A stretch of 64,000 nucleotides of DNA, taken from the NCBI GenBank assembly GCA_049591295.1, contig JBAWEQ010000080.1:2238-66237 (forward strand). The letters run 5' to 3'. Within the stretch, counting starts at the first letter, position 1, and every line of letters starts with the position of its first letter. Positions 29,953 to 38,441 of this stretch are shown piece by piece. The notes under the pieces are model-generated. The model worked only from the letters and a program-made list of their open reading frames with translations, was not told the origin of the DNA and made no database searches. The translations under genes and the position numbers were made by a program. Source of the stretch: Acidobacteriota bacterium. Its GTDB lineage: Bacteria; Acidobacteriota; UBA4820; DSQY01.

Positions 29953-31104
29953 ATGACCGTCACGATCCATCAGTTGCTAAAATTCTTGGTGGACCACGGG
30001 GGCTCCGACCTCCACATCACGGTCAATTCCCCGCCCCAGATCCGGATTCACGGCAAGCTCACTCCCATCGAGGGGACCAAGCCCCTCACGGCGGCCGAGA
30101 CCAAGCAGCTCTGCTACAGCATCCTGACCGACCAGCAGAAGCACAAATTCGAGGAGAGCCTCGAACTGGACCTCTCCTTCGGCATCAAAGGGCTCTCCCG
30201 TTTCCGGGGAAACATCTTCAGCCAGCGCGGTGCGGTGGCGGGGGCTTTTCGGACCATTCCCTACGAGATAAGGGGCTTTCAGGAACTGGGGCTACCGACA
30301 ATTGTAGAGAAGCTCTGCGAAAAGCCCAGGGGGCTCATCCTCGTGACGGGGCCCACGGGCTCGGGAAAGTCCACCACGCTGGCGGCCATGATCGACAAGA
30401 TCAATCGCGAGCGGAGCGACCACATCATCACCATCGAGGACCCGGTCGAGTACCTCCACCCCCACAAGTCCTGCGTGGTGAACCAGCGGGAGATCGGCTC
30501 CGACACCTACTCCTTCAAGAACGCCCTGAAGAGCATCCTGCGCCAGGACCCTGACGTGGTCCTCATCGGCGAGATGCGCGACCTGGAGACCATCGAGGCG
30601 GCCCTGAGGATCGCCGAGACGGGCCACCTCACCTTCGCCACCCTGCACACCAACTCCGCGGTGGAGACTATCAACAGGATCATCGACGTCTTCCCCAGCC
30701 ACCAGCAGTCCCAGGTCAGGACCCAGCTCTCCTTCGTGCTCCAGGGAATCCTCTGCCAGGCCCTCCTGCCCACGCGGGACGGAAAGGGACGCTGCCTCAC
30801 GGTGGAGATCATGGTGCCGAACGCCGCCATCCGTAACCTCATCCGCGAAGACAAGGTGCACCAGCTCTATTCGGTCATGCAGACGGGCCAGTCGGGCCAC
30901 GGCATGCAGACCTTCAACCAGTCCCTCGCCGACCTGTATCTGAAGGGGAAACTCGACCTGGAGACGGCCATGGCCCGGTCCTCCATGCCGGACGAACTCC
31001 AGGAGCTGATCAACCGCAACATCACCTTGGGACAACGGCGCATGAACGCGCCCTCGCCGACCTCCGCCCCCCCCCGGGGGCCCATGCCGGTGCGCAAGCC
31101 CTGA
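29953..31104 (+). CDS. pilT: Twitching motility retraction ATPase PilT
   Basis: GPTGSGKSTT, IGEMRD, ATLHTN, AIRNLIRE motifs. Confidence 0.95.
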   Translation: MTVTIHQLLKFLVDHGGSDLHITVNSPPQIRIHGKLTPIEGTKPLTAAETKQLCYSILTDQQKHKFEESLELDLSFGIKGLSRFRGNIFSQRGAVAGAFRTIPYEIRGFQELGLPTIVEKLCEKPRGLILVTGPTGSGKSTTLAAMIDKINRERSDHIITIEDPVEYLHPHKSCVVNQREIGSDTYSFKNALKSILRQDPDVVLIGEMRDLETIEAALRIAETGHLTFATLHTNSAVETINRIIDVFPSHQQSQVRTQLSFVLQGILCQALLPTRDGKGRCLTVEIMVPNAAIRNLIREDKVHQLYSVMQTGQSGHGMQTFNQSLADLYLKGKLDLETAMARSSMPDELQELINRNITLGQRRMNAPSPTSAPPRGPMPVRKP

Positions 31105-31130
31105 AGGCTTAGGACAGGGAGGGAGGAACC

Positions 31131-32333
31131 ATGCCCCAGTTCGAGTGGAAAGGCCGCAGGCGGACCGGAGAGACCATAGAGGGCGCCATGGCCGCCGACA
31201 ACAAGGACGCCGTCATCGCGGCCCTCCGACGTCAGCAGATCGTCGCCACCAGGGTCAAGGAGAAGGGCAAGGAGCTCGCCCTCCCCAAGTTCGGCGGCGG
31301 CGTAAAAACGAAGGAGCTGGCCATCTTCACTCGCCAGTTCTCCGTCATGATCGACGCGGGCCTCCCCGTTGTGCAGTGCCTGGAGATCCTGGGGTCCCAG
31401 CAGTCCAACCGGGCCTTCCAGCGCGTGCTCTTCGAGATCCGCGAGGACGTGGAGGCGGGCTCCAGCCTCCACGACGCCTTCAAGAAGCACCCCAAGGTCT
31501 TCAACGACCTCTACTGCAACCTCGTGGCGGCCGGGGAAGCGGGAGGCATCCTGGACACCATCCTCCAGCGCCTCTCGATCTACATCGAGAAGTCCGTCAA
31601 GCTGCGCTCCGCGATCAAGTCCGCCATGATCTACCCCGTGGTGGTCGTCACGGTGGCCGTCCTGGTCGTGATGGTCATCATGTGGAAGGTGGTCCCCACC
31701 TTCGCCAACCTATTCGAAGGCCTGGGCGCACAGCTCCCCCTGCCCACCCGGATCGTCATCGGCATCAGCAATTTCCTGGGGCGCTGGGCCTGGCTGGTCA
31801 TCATCCTGGTCATCGCGGTGGCGGTCACCATACGCCTCTACTACAGGACGCCCGGGGGCCGGTACACCATCGACAAGATCCTGCTCAAGGTGCCGGTCTT
31901 CGGCATCGTCCTGAAAAAGATCGCCGTGGCCCGCTTCTGCCGGACCCTGGCGACCCTGGTCTCCTCCGGCGTGCCCATCCTGGAGGGGCTGGACATCACC
32001 GCCCGCACCTCCGGCAACGCCATCGTGGAAGAGGCCATCATGAAGACGCGCAAGGCGGTGGAGGAGGGCAAGACGCTCACCCAGCCCCTGGAGGAATCGA
32101 AGATCTTTCCCGGCATGGTGACCCAGATGATCAACGTGGGCGAGTCCACCGGCGCCCTCGACGCCATGCTCGGCAAGATCGCCGACTTCTACGAGGACGA
32201 GGTGGACGAGGCCGTGGGCAACCTCATGGCCATGCTGGAGCCCGTCATCATCGTCTTTCTGGGCGTCACCATCGGCGGCATCGTCATCGCCATGTACATG
32301 CCCATGTTCTCCCTCATCCAGCAGATCCAGTAG
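31131..32333 (+). CDS. pilC: Type IV pilus platform protein PilC (GspF family)
   Basis: 400 aa, two GspF repeats, three TM segments. Confidence 0.9.
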   Translation: MPQFEWKGRRRTGETIEGAMAADNKDAVIAALRRQQIVATRVKEKGKELALPKFGGGVKTKELAIFTRQFSVMIDAGLPVVQCLEILGSQQSNRAFQRVLFEIREDVEAGSSLHDAFKKHPKVFNDLYCNLVAAGEAGGILDTILQRLSIYIEKSVKLRSAIKSAMIYPVVVVTVAVLVVMVIMWKVVPTFANLFEGLGAQLPLPTRIVIGISNFLGRWAWLVIILVIAVAVTIRLYYRTPGGRYTIDKILLKVPVFGIVLKKIAVARFCRTLATLVSSGVPILEGLDITARTSGNAIVEEAIMKTRKAVEEGKTLTQPLEESKIFPGMVTQMINVGESTGALDAMLGKIADFYEDEVDEAVGNLMAMLEPVIIVFLGVTIGGIVIAMYMPMFSLIQQIQ

Positions 32334-32360
32334 CGAGGGAAACCAAGGAGCAGGGAACCT

Positions 32361-32404
32361 GGAGGCAGGGAGGGAACGAGGCCGCGAGCCACCTCCCTGC
32401 CTCT
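32361..32404 (+). terminator. GC-rich hairpin after pilC (possible intrinsic terminator, weak U-tract)
   Basis: ggaggcagggagg ... cctccctgcctct, 12/13-bp stem, followed by tggcttcgtctcc. Confidence 0.35.
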
Positions 32405-33226
32405 TGGCTTCGTCTCCTCAGATCACCCGTGCACCTTGTCCTAGAGGGAAGAAGAGGAGCGAGACGTGAGCCGCGAGACGCAAGACGCGAAACGCGAGAC
32501 GCGACGAGGCAAAGCATCCTACGCGGGTCATCCTGAGGGCCCCTTCGGAGGGCCGCTGGCTCAGGGTCCCGTAGCAGAGAGACCACCGGCGGCACCGGAA
32601 CTGCGGGATCCTGTGCTAGTTGCCCGTTGTGGGCTTGCCACAGGATGACGGGAAAAAGGGGGCCAGACGCGAGGCGCGAGGCGCAAGACGTGAGACGCGA
32701 GGGAGCCAACGGTCGAATGGCCACCCCTCTTTTCCGTCATGGCTCCCTAAGCGTTGTTGAGAAAGTCCCCCTTCCGAGGCCGTCATTCGGGCGAGCGGAG
32801 CGAGTCCAGAATCCGAAGCCACGGCGGCGGACAGGAAAGGCTGGGGCCGCAGGTCGCGGTCTAAAGCCGGCATCCCGGCCTCTCGATCCCGTTCACCCGC
32901 AAAAACGACGGGGCTCTCTGGCGCGCAGACTTCCTCCCCGTTTCCCGGCCTTCCGACCTCCTACTACTCCGACACCAATAGGGTTGACTCTTTGCAAAGG
33001 ACAGCTTCGAAGTGGGGATGGGAGAGCAGCGAGGCCGAAGCCTGAGCCTGCCCCCGCGAAGGCGGGGGGGCCTGCTTGCGAAACCAGCCCACCGCGGTGG
33101 GCTTTCCCCAGCCGAGCGCCGAGAGGGAAGGGGCCAACCCCTTCCCTCTCGGATTGGTAACTTCCCAACCTCCGCCTCCGCGCGCTATCATTTTCTCCAT
33201 GACGATTGCCGGGAATCCCTAAGGCC

Positions 33227-34855
33227 ATGGAAGCCCTCGAGACGAGCGCCGTTCGGTTGATGGTCTACCGGATGGTGATCATCCTCACCTTCTTCCTCAG
33301 CGCGCTGGGAATCCAGGCCTTCCTGGGAGCCGAGGCCTACCTCAGGCCCTTCTACTACATCATCGCCTTCGTCCTGGCCCAGAATCTCCTCTACACCGTT
33401 ATCTATCTCTCCGCCCGCTCGCTCAGGGATCGGCCGTTTTTCATCATCGTCCAGCTCTTCGGGGACGTCCTGACGGTGACGCTGCTGGCCCTGTTCACGG
33501 GTGGCATCCAGAGCATCTTCACCTTCCTCTACCACCTGCTCATCGTGGTGGCGGGATACCTCCTGCGCAAGCGCGGGGCCTTCACCATGGCGGTGATCAA
33601 TGCCCTGGTGTACGGACTTCTCTGCGTCGCCCTCTTCTACGACTGGATCAACCCCGAGAGACTGGGCGGGAGCTTCCCCTACGACCGCCCCACCGCCGAG
33701 TCGGCCCTCTATTCGCTCCTGGCCAATTACGTCGGCTTCTTCCTCATCGCCGCGCTCATCACCATCATGTCGGGGCGCCTCGAATCCACCCGCAAGGCGC
33801 TGGGAGTCATGGAGAGGGATTTCACCAGCCTCCAGAGCCTGAACGAGCAGATCCTCTCCTCCCTCACCTGGGGGGTCGTGACCACCGACGCCCAGGGCCG
33901 CGTCACCTATTCCAACCCCGCGGCCATGCGGCTGCTGGGCGAAACCCTGCCCGCGGGATGGGACTTCGACCCCCACCTCGCGGCTCTGGGCCATCGCGGC
34001 CGCTCCGCGCTGGACCCGGAGGCTCCCGAGGGGCGGGAGCTGGAGCTGGCCGTGGCAGGCGGAGAGCGCCACCTCTCCATCGTCACCGCCCCTCTCCGCT
34101 CCGGTCCGTCCGCCCTGGGCTACCTGGCGCTCATCCGCGACCAGACGGAGGTGGTGAAGCTGAGGGAACAACTGGCGCTGAAGGAGCGGCTCATGGCGAC
34201 GGGGGCCATGGCCGCGGACATCGCCCACGAGATCAAGAACCCGCTGGGCAGCATCTTCGGCGCCGCGCAGATGCTCAAGAGGCAGGCACCCGATGAGAGC
34301 AGCGAGCACGCCCTGCTGGCCATCATCCAGGAGGAGAGCCGTCGCCTGACCGAGATCCTCAACAACTTCCTCCGCTACGTGAAACCCCCGCAGATTCGGA
34401 GGCAGCCGCTCGACCTGACGGCCCTGGCCGCAGAGGTCGTGACCCTCTTCCGGAACGATTCGGCGAACCCTTCGGGGCTGATCGTGCAGCTGGCCCTCCC
34501 GGGCCATCCGGTGGAGGTCTCGGCCGATGCGGACCGGGTCCGGCAGGCCCTCTGGAACATCCTCACCAACGCCAGAAAGGCGGTGAAAGCCGAGGGGGTC
34601 ATCCGCGTTTCCTTAACGCGCTCAAGCCTAGACGCTATACTGGAGGTGGAGGACAACGGCGAGGGCATGAGGAATTCGCAGATCCCCAACTACTTCCAGC
34701 CGTTCCGCCGCGGCTTCGCGCAGGGTTCGGGCCTGGGCCTCTCGGTGGTCTACCAGATCATGGAGGAGCACCGGGGGCGCGTCGAGATCGAATCGGCCCT
34801 CGGAAGGGGCACGCGCTGCCGGCTCCTCTTCCCTCTGGAGGCGGCCCATGAGTGA
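33227..34855 (+). CDS. pilS: PilS-like membrane sensor histidine kinase (6 TM + PAS + HisKA + HATPase)
   Basis: H-box ADIAHEIKNPL, N/G1/G2 boxes; follows pilBTC and precedes pilR; start could be TTG at 33206. Confidence 0.8.
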   Translation: MEALETSAVRLMVYRMVIILTFFLSALGIQAFLGAEAYLRPFYYIIAFVLAQNLLYTVIYLSARSLRDRPFFIIVQLFGDVLTVTLLALFTGGIQSIFTFLYHLLIVVAGYLLRKRGAFTMAVINALVYGLLCVALFYDWINPERLGGSFPYDRPTAESALYSLLANYVGFFLIAALITIMSGRLESTRKALGVMERDFTSLQSLNEQILSSLTWGVVTTDAQGRVTYSNPAAMRLLGETLPAGWDFDPHLAALGHRGRSALDPEAPEGRELELAVAGGERHLSIVTAPLRSGPSALGYLALIRDQTEVVKLREQLALKERLMATGAMAADIAHEIKNPLGSIFGAAQMLKRQAPDESSEHALLAIIQEESRRLTEILNNFLRYVKPPQIRRQPLDLTALAAEVVTLFRNDSANPSGLIVQLALPGHPVEVSADADRVRQALWNILTNARKAVKAEGVIRVSLTRSSLDAILEVEDNGEGMRNSQIPNYFQPFRRGFAQGSGLGLSVVYQIMEEHRGRVEIESALGRGTRCRLLFPLEAAHE

Positions 34856-36227
34856 CCGCGTGCTGGTCGTGGACGACGAGACCTCCATGCGGCGCATGCT
34901 GGAGATCCTCTTCCGGGACGAGGGGTACGAGGTCCAGACCGCGGAGAGCGCCGAGCGGGCCATGGCGGCCCTCGGCTCGACGCCGTTCGACGTCGTGATC
35001 TCGGACATCCGCATGCCGGGGCTCTCGGGCATGGACCTCCTGCGCCGGCTCAAGACCGACGATTCCCAGGCCGAAGTGATCCTCATGACCGCCTATGCGA
35101 GCACGGATTCGGCCATCGAAGCCCTGAAGCTGGGCGCCTTCGATTACGTCACCAAGCCCTTCCAGGTGGAGGAGCTGGTCAACATCGTCCGGCACGCCAT
35201 CGAGAAGAAGACGCTCAGCGAGGAGAACGTCCTCCTCAAGGTCCGCCTGGCCCACCAGGAGCGCTTCGGTGAGATCGTCGGCCAGAGCCGGCCCATGCAG
35301 GAGATCTACGCCCTGATCGAGCGCATCGCCCCCACGGCGAGCACCGTCCTCGTCCAGGGCGAGAGCGGCACCGGCAAGGAGCTCATCGCCAGGACCATCC
35401 ACCAGCGCTCGCCCCGCGGCAAGCGCCCCTTCGTCGCCGTCAACTGCGGAGGGCTCACCGAGACCCTCCTGGAGAGCGAGCTCTTCGGCCACGTCAAGGG
35501 GGCCTTCACCGGGGCCCACGCCACCAAGAAGGGCTTTTTCGACCTGGCCGAAGGGGGAACGATCTTTCTGGATGAAATCGGCGAGATGTCTCCCTCCATG
35601 CAGGTCAAGCTGCTGCGCGCCTTGCAGGAGCGCCGCATCCGCCCCGTGGGGGGCGACGGCGAGCACCCCGTGGACGCGCGGGTCATCGCGGCCACCAACG
35701 AGGACCTCCAGCGGATGATTCAGGAGAAGAGGTTCCGGGAGGACCTCTACTACCGCATCAAGGTCCACTCCATCGCGGTGCCGCCGCTCCGGAACCGCCG
35801 CGAGGACATCCCCCTGCTGGCCAGGAGCTTCATGGAGAAGCACGCCAGGCTCATGGGCCGCGCCCTCCCGACCCTGTCGGCGGAGGCGCTCAAGGCCCTC
35901 GAAAGCTACGGCTGGCCGGGCAACGTGCGGGAGCTCGAGAACGTGGTGGAACGGGCCATGGCTCTCGCCGAGGGGCGCATCGAGACGCGCCACCTGCCGG
36001 AGGAGGTGGTGAGCTTCCGCCTGACCCAGGCCCCGGGGGAGATCCAGATCCCCGAGAGCGGGTTCGACCTCACCGAGGTGGTGGAACAGACCCGGGCGCG
36101 CTACATCCAGAAGGCACTGGAGCTGGAGGGGGGCGTCATGGTCAGGGCGGCCCAGCGGTTGGGAATCACCTTCCGCTCCATGCGCTACTTCGTCAAGAAG
36201 TACCACCTGAACGCGAAAGAAGGCTGA
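34848..36227 (+). CDS. pilR: PilR-like sigma54-dependent response regulator
   Basis: REC + GESGTGKE + ESELFGHVKGAFTGA + HTH. Confidence 0.85.
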   Translation: MSDRVLVVDDETSMRRMLEILFRDEGYEVQTAESAERAMAALGSTPFDVVISDIRMPGLSGMDLLRRLKTDDSQAEVILMTAYASTDSAIEALKLGAFDYVTKPFQVEELVNIVRHAIEKKTLSEENVLLKVRLAHQERFGEIVGQSRPMQEIYALIERIAPTASTVLVQGESGTGKELIARTIHQRSPRGKRPFVAVNCGGLTETLLESELFGHVKGAFTGAHATKKGFFDLAEGGTIFLDEIGEMSPSMQVKLLRALQERRIRPVGGDGEHPVDARVIAATNEDLQRMIQEKRFREDLYYRIKVHSIAVPPLRNRREDIPLLARSFMEKHARLMGRALPTLSAEALKALESYGWPGNVRELENVVERAMALAEGRIETRHLPEEVVSFRLTQAPGEIQIPESGFDLTEVVEQTRARYIQKALELEGGVMVRAAQRLGITFRSMRYFVKKYHLNAKEG

Positions 36228-36418
36228 GGGAAAGAAGATTCCCATTTTAGAAAGTGAAAAGAATGCACCACCAAGACACCAAGGCACCAAGGGATCGTAA
36301 ATCGAATCTTGGAAAAAGCTCCTCCGGCCATCCCGCGTCTCCTAAGCATCTCATCCCCTCATCCCCTACTCACCTCATCACCTCATCACCTCATCACCCC
36401 ATCACCCCCGAGGCCTGA

Positions 36419-37420
36419 ATGACCGATGCCGCCGGTCCCGCCCCCCCGGAACTGAGCCTCCTGGTCCCCCTCTACAACGAGGAGGAGAACCTGGAACCCC
36501 TGCTGGAGCGCATCCAGGAGGAGATGGCCCGCCTGGGACGGAGCTACGAGGTCGTGCTCGTGGACGACGGCTCCCGAGACAGCACGGTGGCGCGGCTCAA
36601 GAGGGCCGTCGCCCAACGCCCCCACCTCCGCGTCGTCCTCCTCCGGCGCAATTCCGGCCAGACCGCCGCCCTCGCGGCGGCCATCGAGCACTCCCGGGGG
36701 GCCGTCCTCGTCCCGCTGGACGGTGACCTCCAGAACGATCCCGCCGACATCCGCAAGCTGGTTTCGAAGCTCGACGAGGGCTTCGACGTGGCCAGCGGCT
36801 GGCGCCGCCACCGCCGGGACCCCTTCTTCACGCGCATTCTGCCCTCGAAGATCGCCAACGGGCTCATCTCCCTCATCTCGGGAGTCAAACTGCACGACTA
36901 CGGCTGCACCCTCAAGGCCTACCGGCGCGAGGTGCTGGCCCCCGTGGTGCTGTTGGGAGAGATGCACCGCTTCATCCCCATCCTGGCCACGTGGCAGGGG
37001 GCGCGCGTGGCCGAGGTGGAGGTGACCCATCATCCCCGCGTGGCGGGCAAGAGCAAGTACGGCCTCGGCCGCACCCTCAAGGTCGTCCTCGACCTCCTGA
37101 CCATCAAGTTCATGGGCTCCTTCCTCACCAAGCCCATCTACGCCTTCGGCGGAGCGGGCGTGGGGCTCTGGCTCCTCTCGGCTGTATTGGCCGCCTACAC
37201 GCTTTGGCAGAAGCTGGCCTACGGCGTCTGGGTCCACAACAACCCCCTGCTCCTCGTGGCCATCTTCATCGCTCTCGTAGGGATGCAGCTCATCATGATG
37301 GGCCTTCTGGGCGAACTCCTCATCCGCATCTACTTCGCCAGCTCCGGAACAACCCCCTACGTCATCCGCGAGGTTCTCGAGTCGCCTGGGGGCGGTGGAG
37401 AGGTGGAGGCTGAAGGGTGA
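36419..37420 (+). CDS. GT2 polyprenyl-phosphate glycosyltransferase (ArnC/GtrB/DPM1-like) with C-terminal TM anchor
   Basis: LSLLVPLYNEEENL ... VVLVDDGSRD ... DGDLQNDP; the stop codon lies inside the first GGGTGAA repeat unit. Confidence 0.8.
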   Translation: MTDAAGPAPPELSLLVPLYNEEENLEPLLERIQEEMARLGRSYEVVLVDDGSRDSTVARLKRAVAQRPHLRVVLLRRNSGQTAALAAAIEHSRGAVLVPLDGDLQNDPADIRKLVSKLDEGFDVASGWRRHRRDPFFTRILPSKIANGLISLISGVKLHDYGCTLKAYRREVLAPVVLLGEMHRFIPILATWQGARVAEVEVTHHPRVAGKSKYGLGRTLKVVLDLLTIKFMGSFLTKPIYAFGGAGVGLWLLSAVLAAYTLWQKLAYGVWVHNNPLLLVAIFIALVGMQLIMMGLLGELLIRIYFASSGTTPYVIREVLESPGGGGEVEAEG

Positions 37421-37500
37421 AGGGTGAAGGGTGAAGGGTGAAGGGTGAAGGGTGAAGGGTGAAGGGTGAAGGGTGAAGGGTGGAGGGTGAAGGGTGAAGG
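37414..37500. repeat. Heptamer microsatellite (GGGTGAA) x12
   Basis: Perfect tandem array beginning within the last codons of the GT2 gene. Confidence 0.95.
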
Positions 37501-37560
37501 GTGAGGAGTAGAGAGCCCATGACCCATCGGCCAGCAGCCATGGATTCAAGAAGAATCATG

Positions 37561-37660
37561 GCGCTCCCGTGGGGCGGGCACCCCGGCCCGCCGCTCTCCC
37601 GCTCCGCTGAACCGTGGGGCGGGCGCCCCCGCCCGCCGCTCCCCGGCTCCAACCGGCGCG
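37561..37660. repeat. Pair of GC-rich palindromic REP units (GTGGGGCGGGCGCCCCCGCCCGCCGCTCCCC) upstream of the RAYT gene
   Basis: Each unit contains the inverted repeat GGCGGGCG / CGCCCGCC. Confidence 0.8.
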
Positions 37661-37724
37661 CCCCAAGAAGGCTATTTCCAATGAAAAGAAAGCCTCCTCA
37701 ACGAGGCGAAGCTTCACTCCGGCC

Positions 37725-38438
37725 ATGGAACGGCTGACGACCTATCGTCGCCGCCTACCCCATTTTCATGTGAGGGGTGCCCGCTACTCCCTCACGTTCC
37801 GCTTATCACCCCGGCAATCCCCGCCGCTATCCTCCAAAGAGTGCGAGGCCATGGTCTCTCATATCCACAAGATGGGCCCGGGCAAGGTTGAAGCCTTCGT
37901 CGTTATGCCCGACCACGTGCATCTTCTCTATTCCACCACGAGAGATGAGCATCTGATCAAGACATTACAATCCCTCAAGGGCTCGTCTTCCCATACCCTC
38001 ACCAGCCGCTTCGGCCGCCGGTCACCCATATGGCAGGATGAAACCTATGATCACCTCATCCGCAATGAGCCGGAATTCAGCACAGCTTGGCTCTACATAG
38101 AGGGCAATCCCGTTCGAAAAGGCCTCGTTAGCCGCATCACAGACTATCCCTGGTCCAGCGCTTGGAAGGGAGGGGGGGTCGCGGCCGAGGGCGGCCGCGC
38201 CACAGCCGAGACCGGCCGCGCCACAGCCGAGGGCGGCCGCGGTACGGAAGAGAATCATGATGAACTCGTGGGGCGGGCGCCCTCGCCCGCCGCTCCCCAT
38301 GGTCACCCCACCGTGGGGCGGGCGCCCTCGCCCGCCATCCCTCATCCCCAATCAGACCCGCAACCCCTTGATGGTCTCGCGGCCGAGGGCGGCCGCGCCA
38401 CAGCCGAGGGCGGCCGCGCCACGGGCGAAGGGAAATAG
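37725..38438 (+). CDS. REP-associated tyrosine transposase (RAYT; IS200/IS605 TnpA-like HUH enzyme) with a repeat-encoded C-terminal tail
   Basis: PDHVHLLY (HUH) and WQDETYDHLIRNEPEFSTAWLYIEGNPVRKGLVSRITDYPWSSAW align with E. coli YafM/TnpA-REP (PEHMHCIW ... WQPRFWEHAIRN ... YIYINPVKHGWV ... DWPFSTF). The reading frame then continues without a stop through REP copies (GRAPSPAAPHG..., AAEGGRATAEGGRA). Confidence 0.8.
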   Translation: MERLTTYRRRLPHFHVRGARYSLTFRLSPRQSPPLSSKECEAMVSHIHKMGPGKVEAFVVMPDHVHLLYSTTRDEHLIKTLQSLKGSSSHTLTSRFGRRSPIWQDETYDHLIRNEPEFSTAWLYIEGNPVRKGLVSRITDYPWSSAWKGGGVAAEGGRATAETGRATAEGGRGTEENHDELVGRAPSPAAPHGHPTVGRAPSPAIPHPQSDPQPLDGLAAEGGRATAEGGRATGEGK

Positions 38439-38441
38439 GCC

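Noticed and set aside
32334-33226. Expected pilA (type IV major pilin) between pilC and pilS, or after pilR
   Set aside because: No frame encodes a prepilin leader (Gly-Phe-Thr-Leu-Ile-Glu) followed by a hydrophobic helix. Every ORF here is low-complexity.
37614-37724. N-terminal extension of the RAYT ORF (MGRAPPPAAPRLQP...)
   Set aside because: It would start at a GTG inside a REP palindrome and is encoded by repeat DNA. The first ATG (37725) gives an N-terminus that aligns with YafM-type RAYTs.
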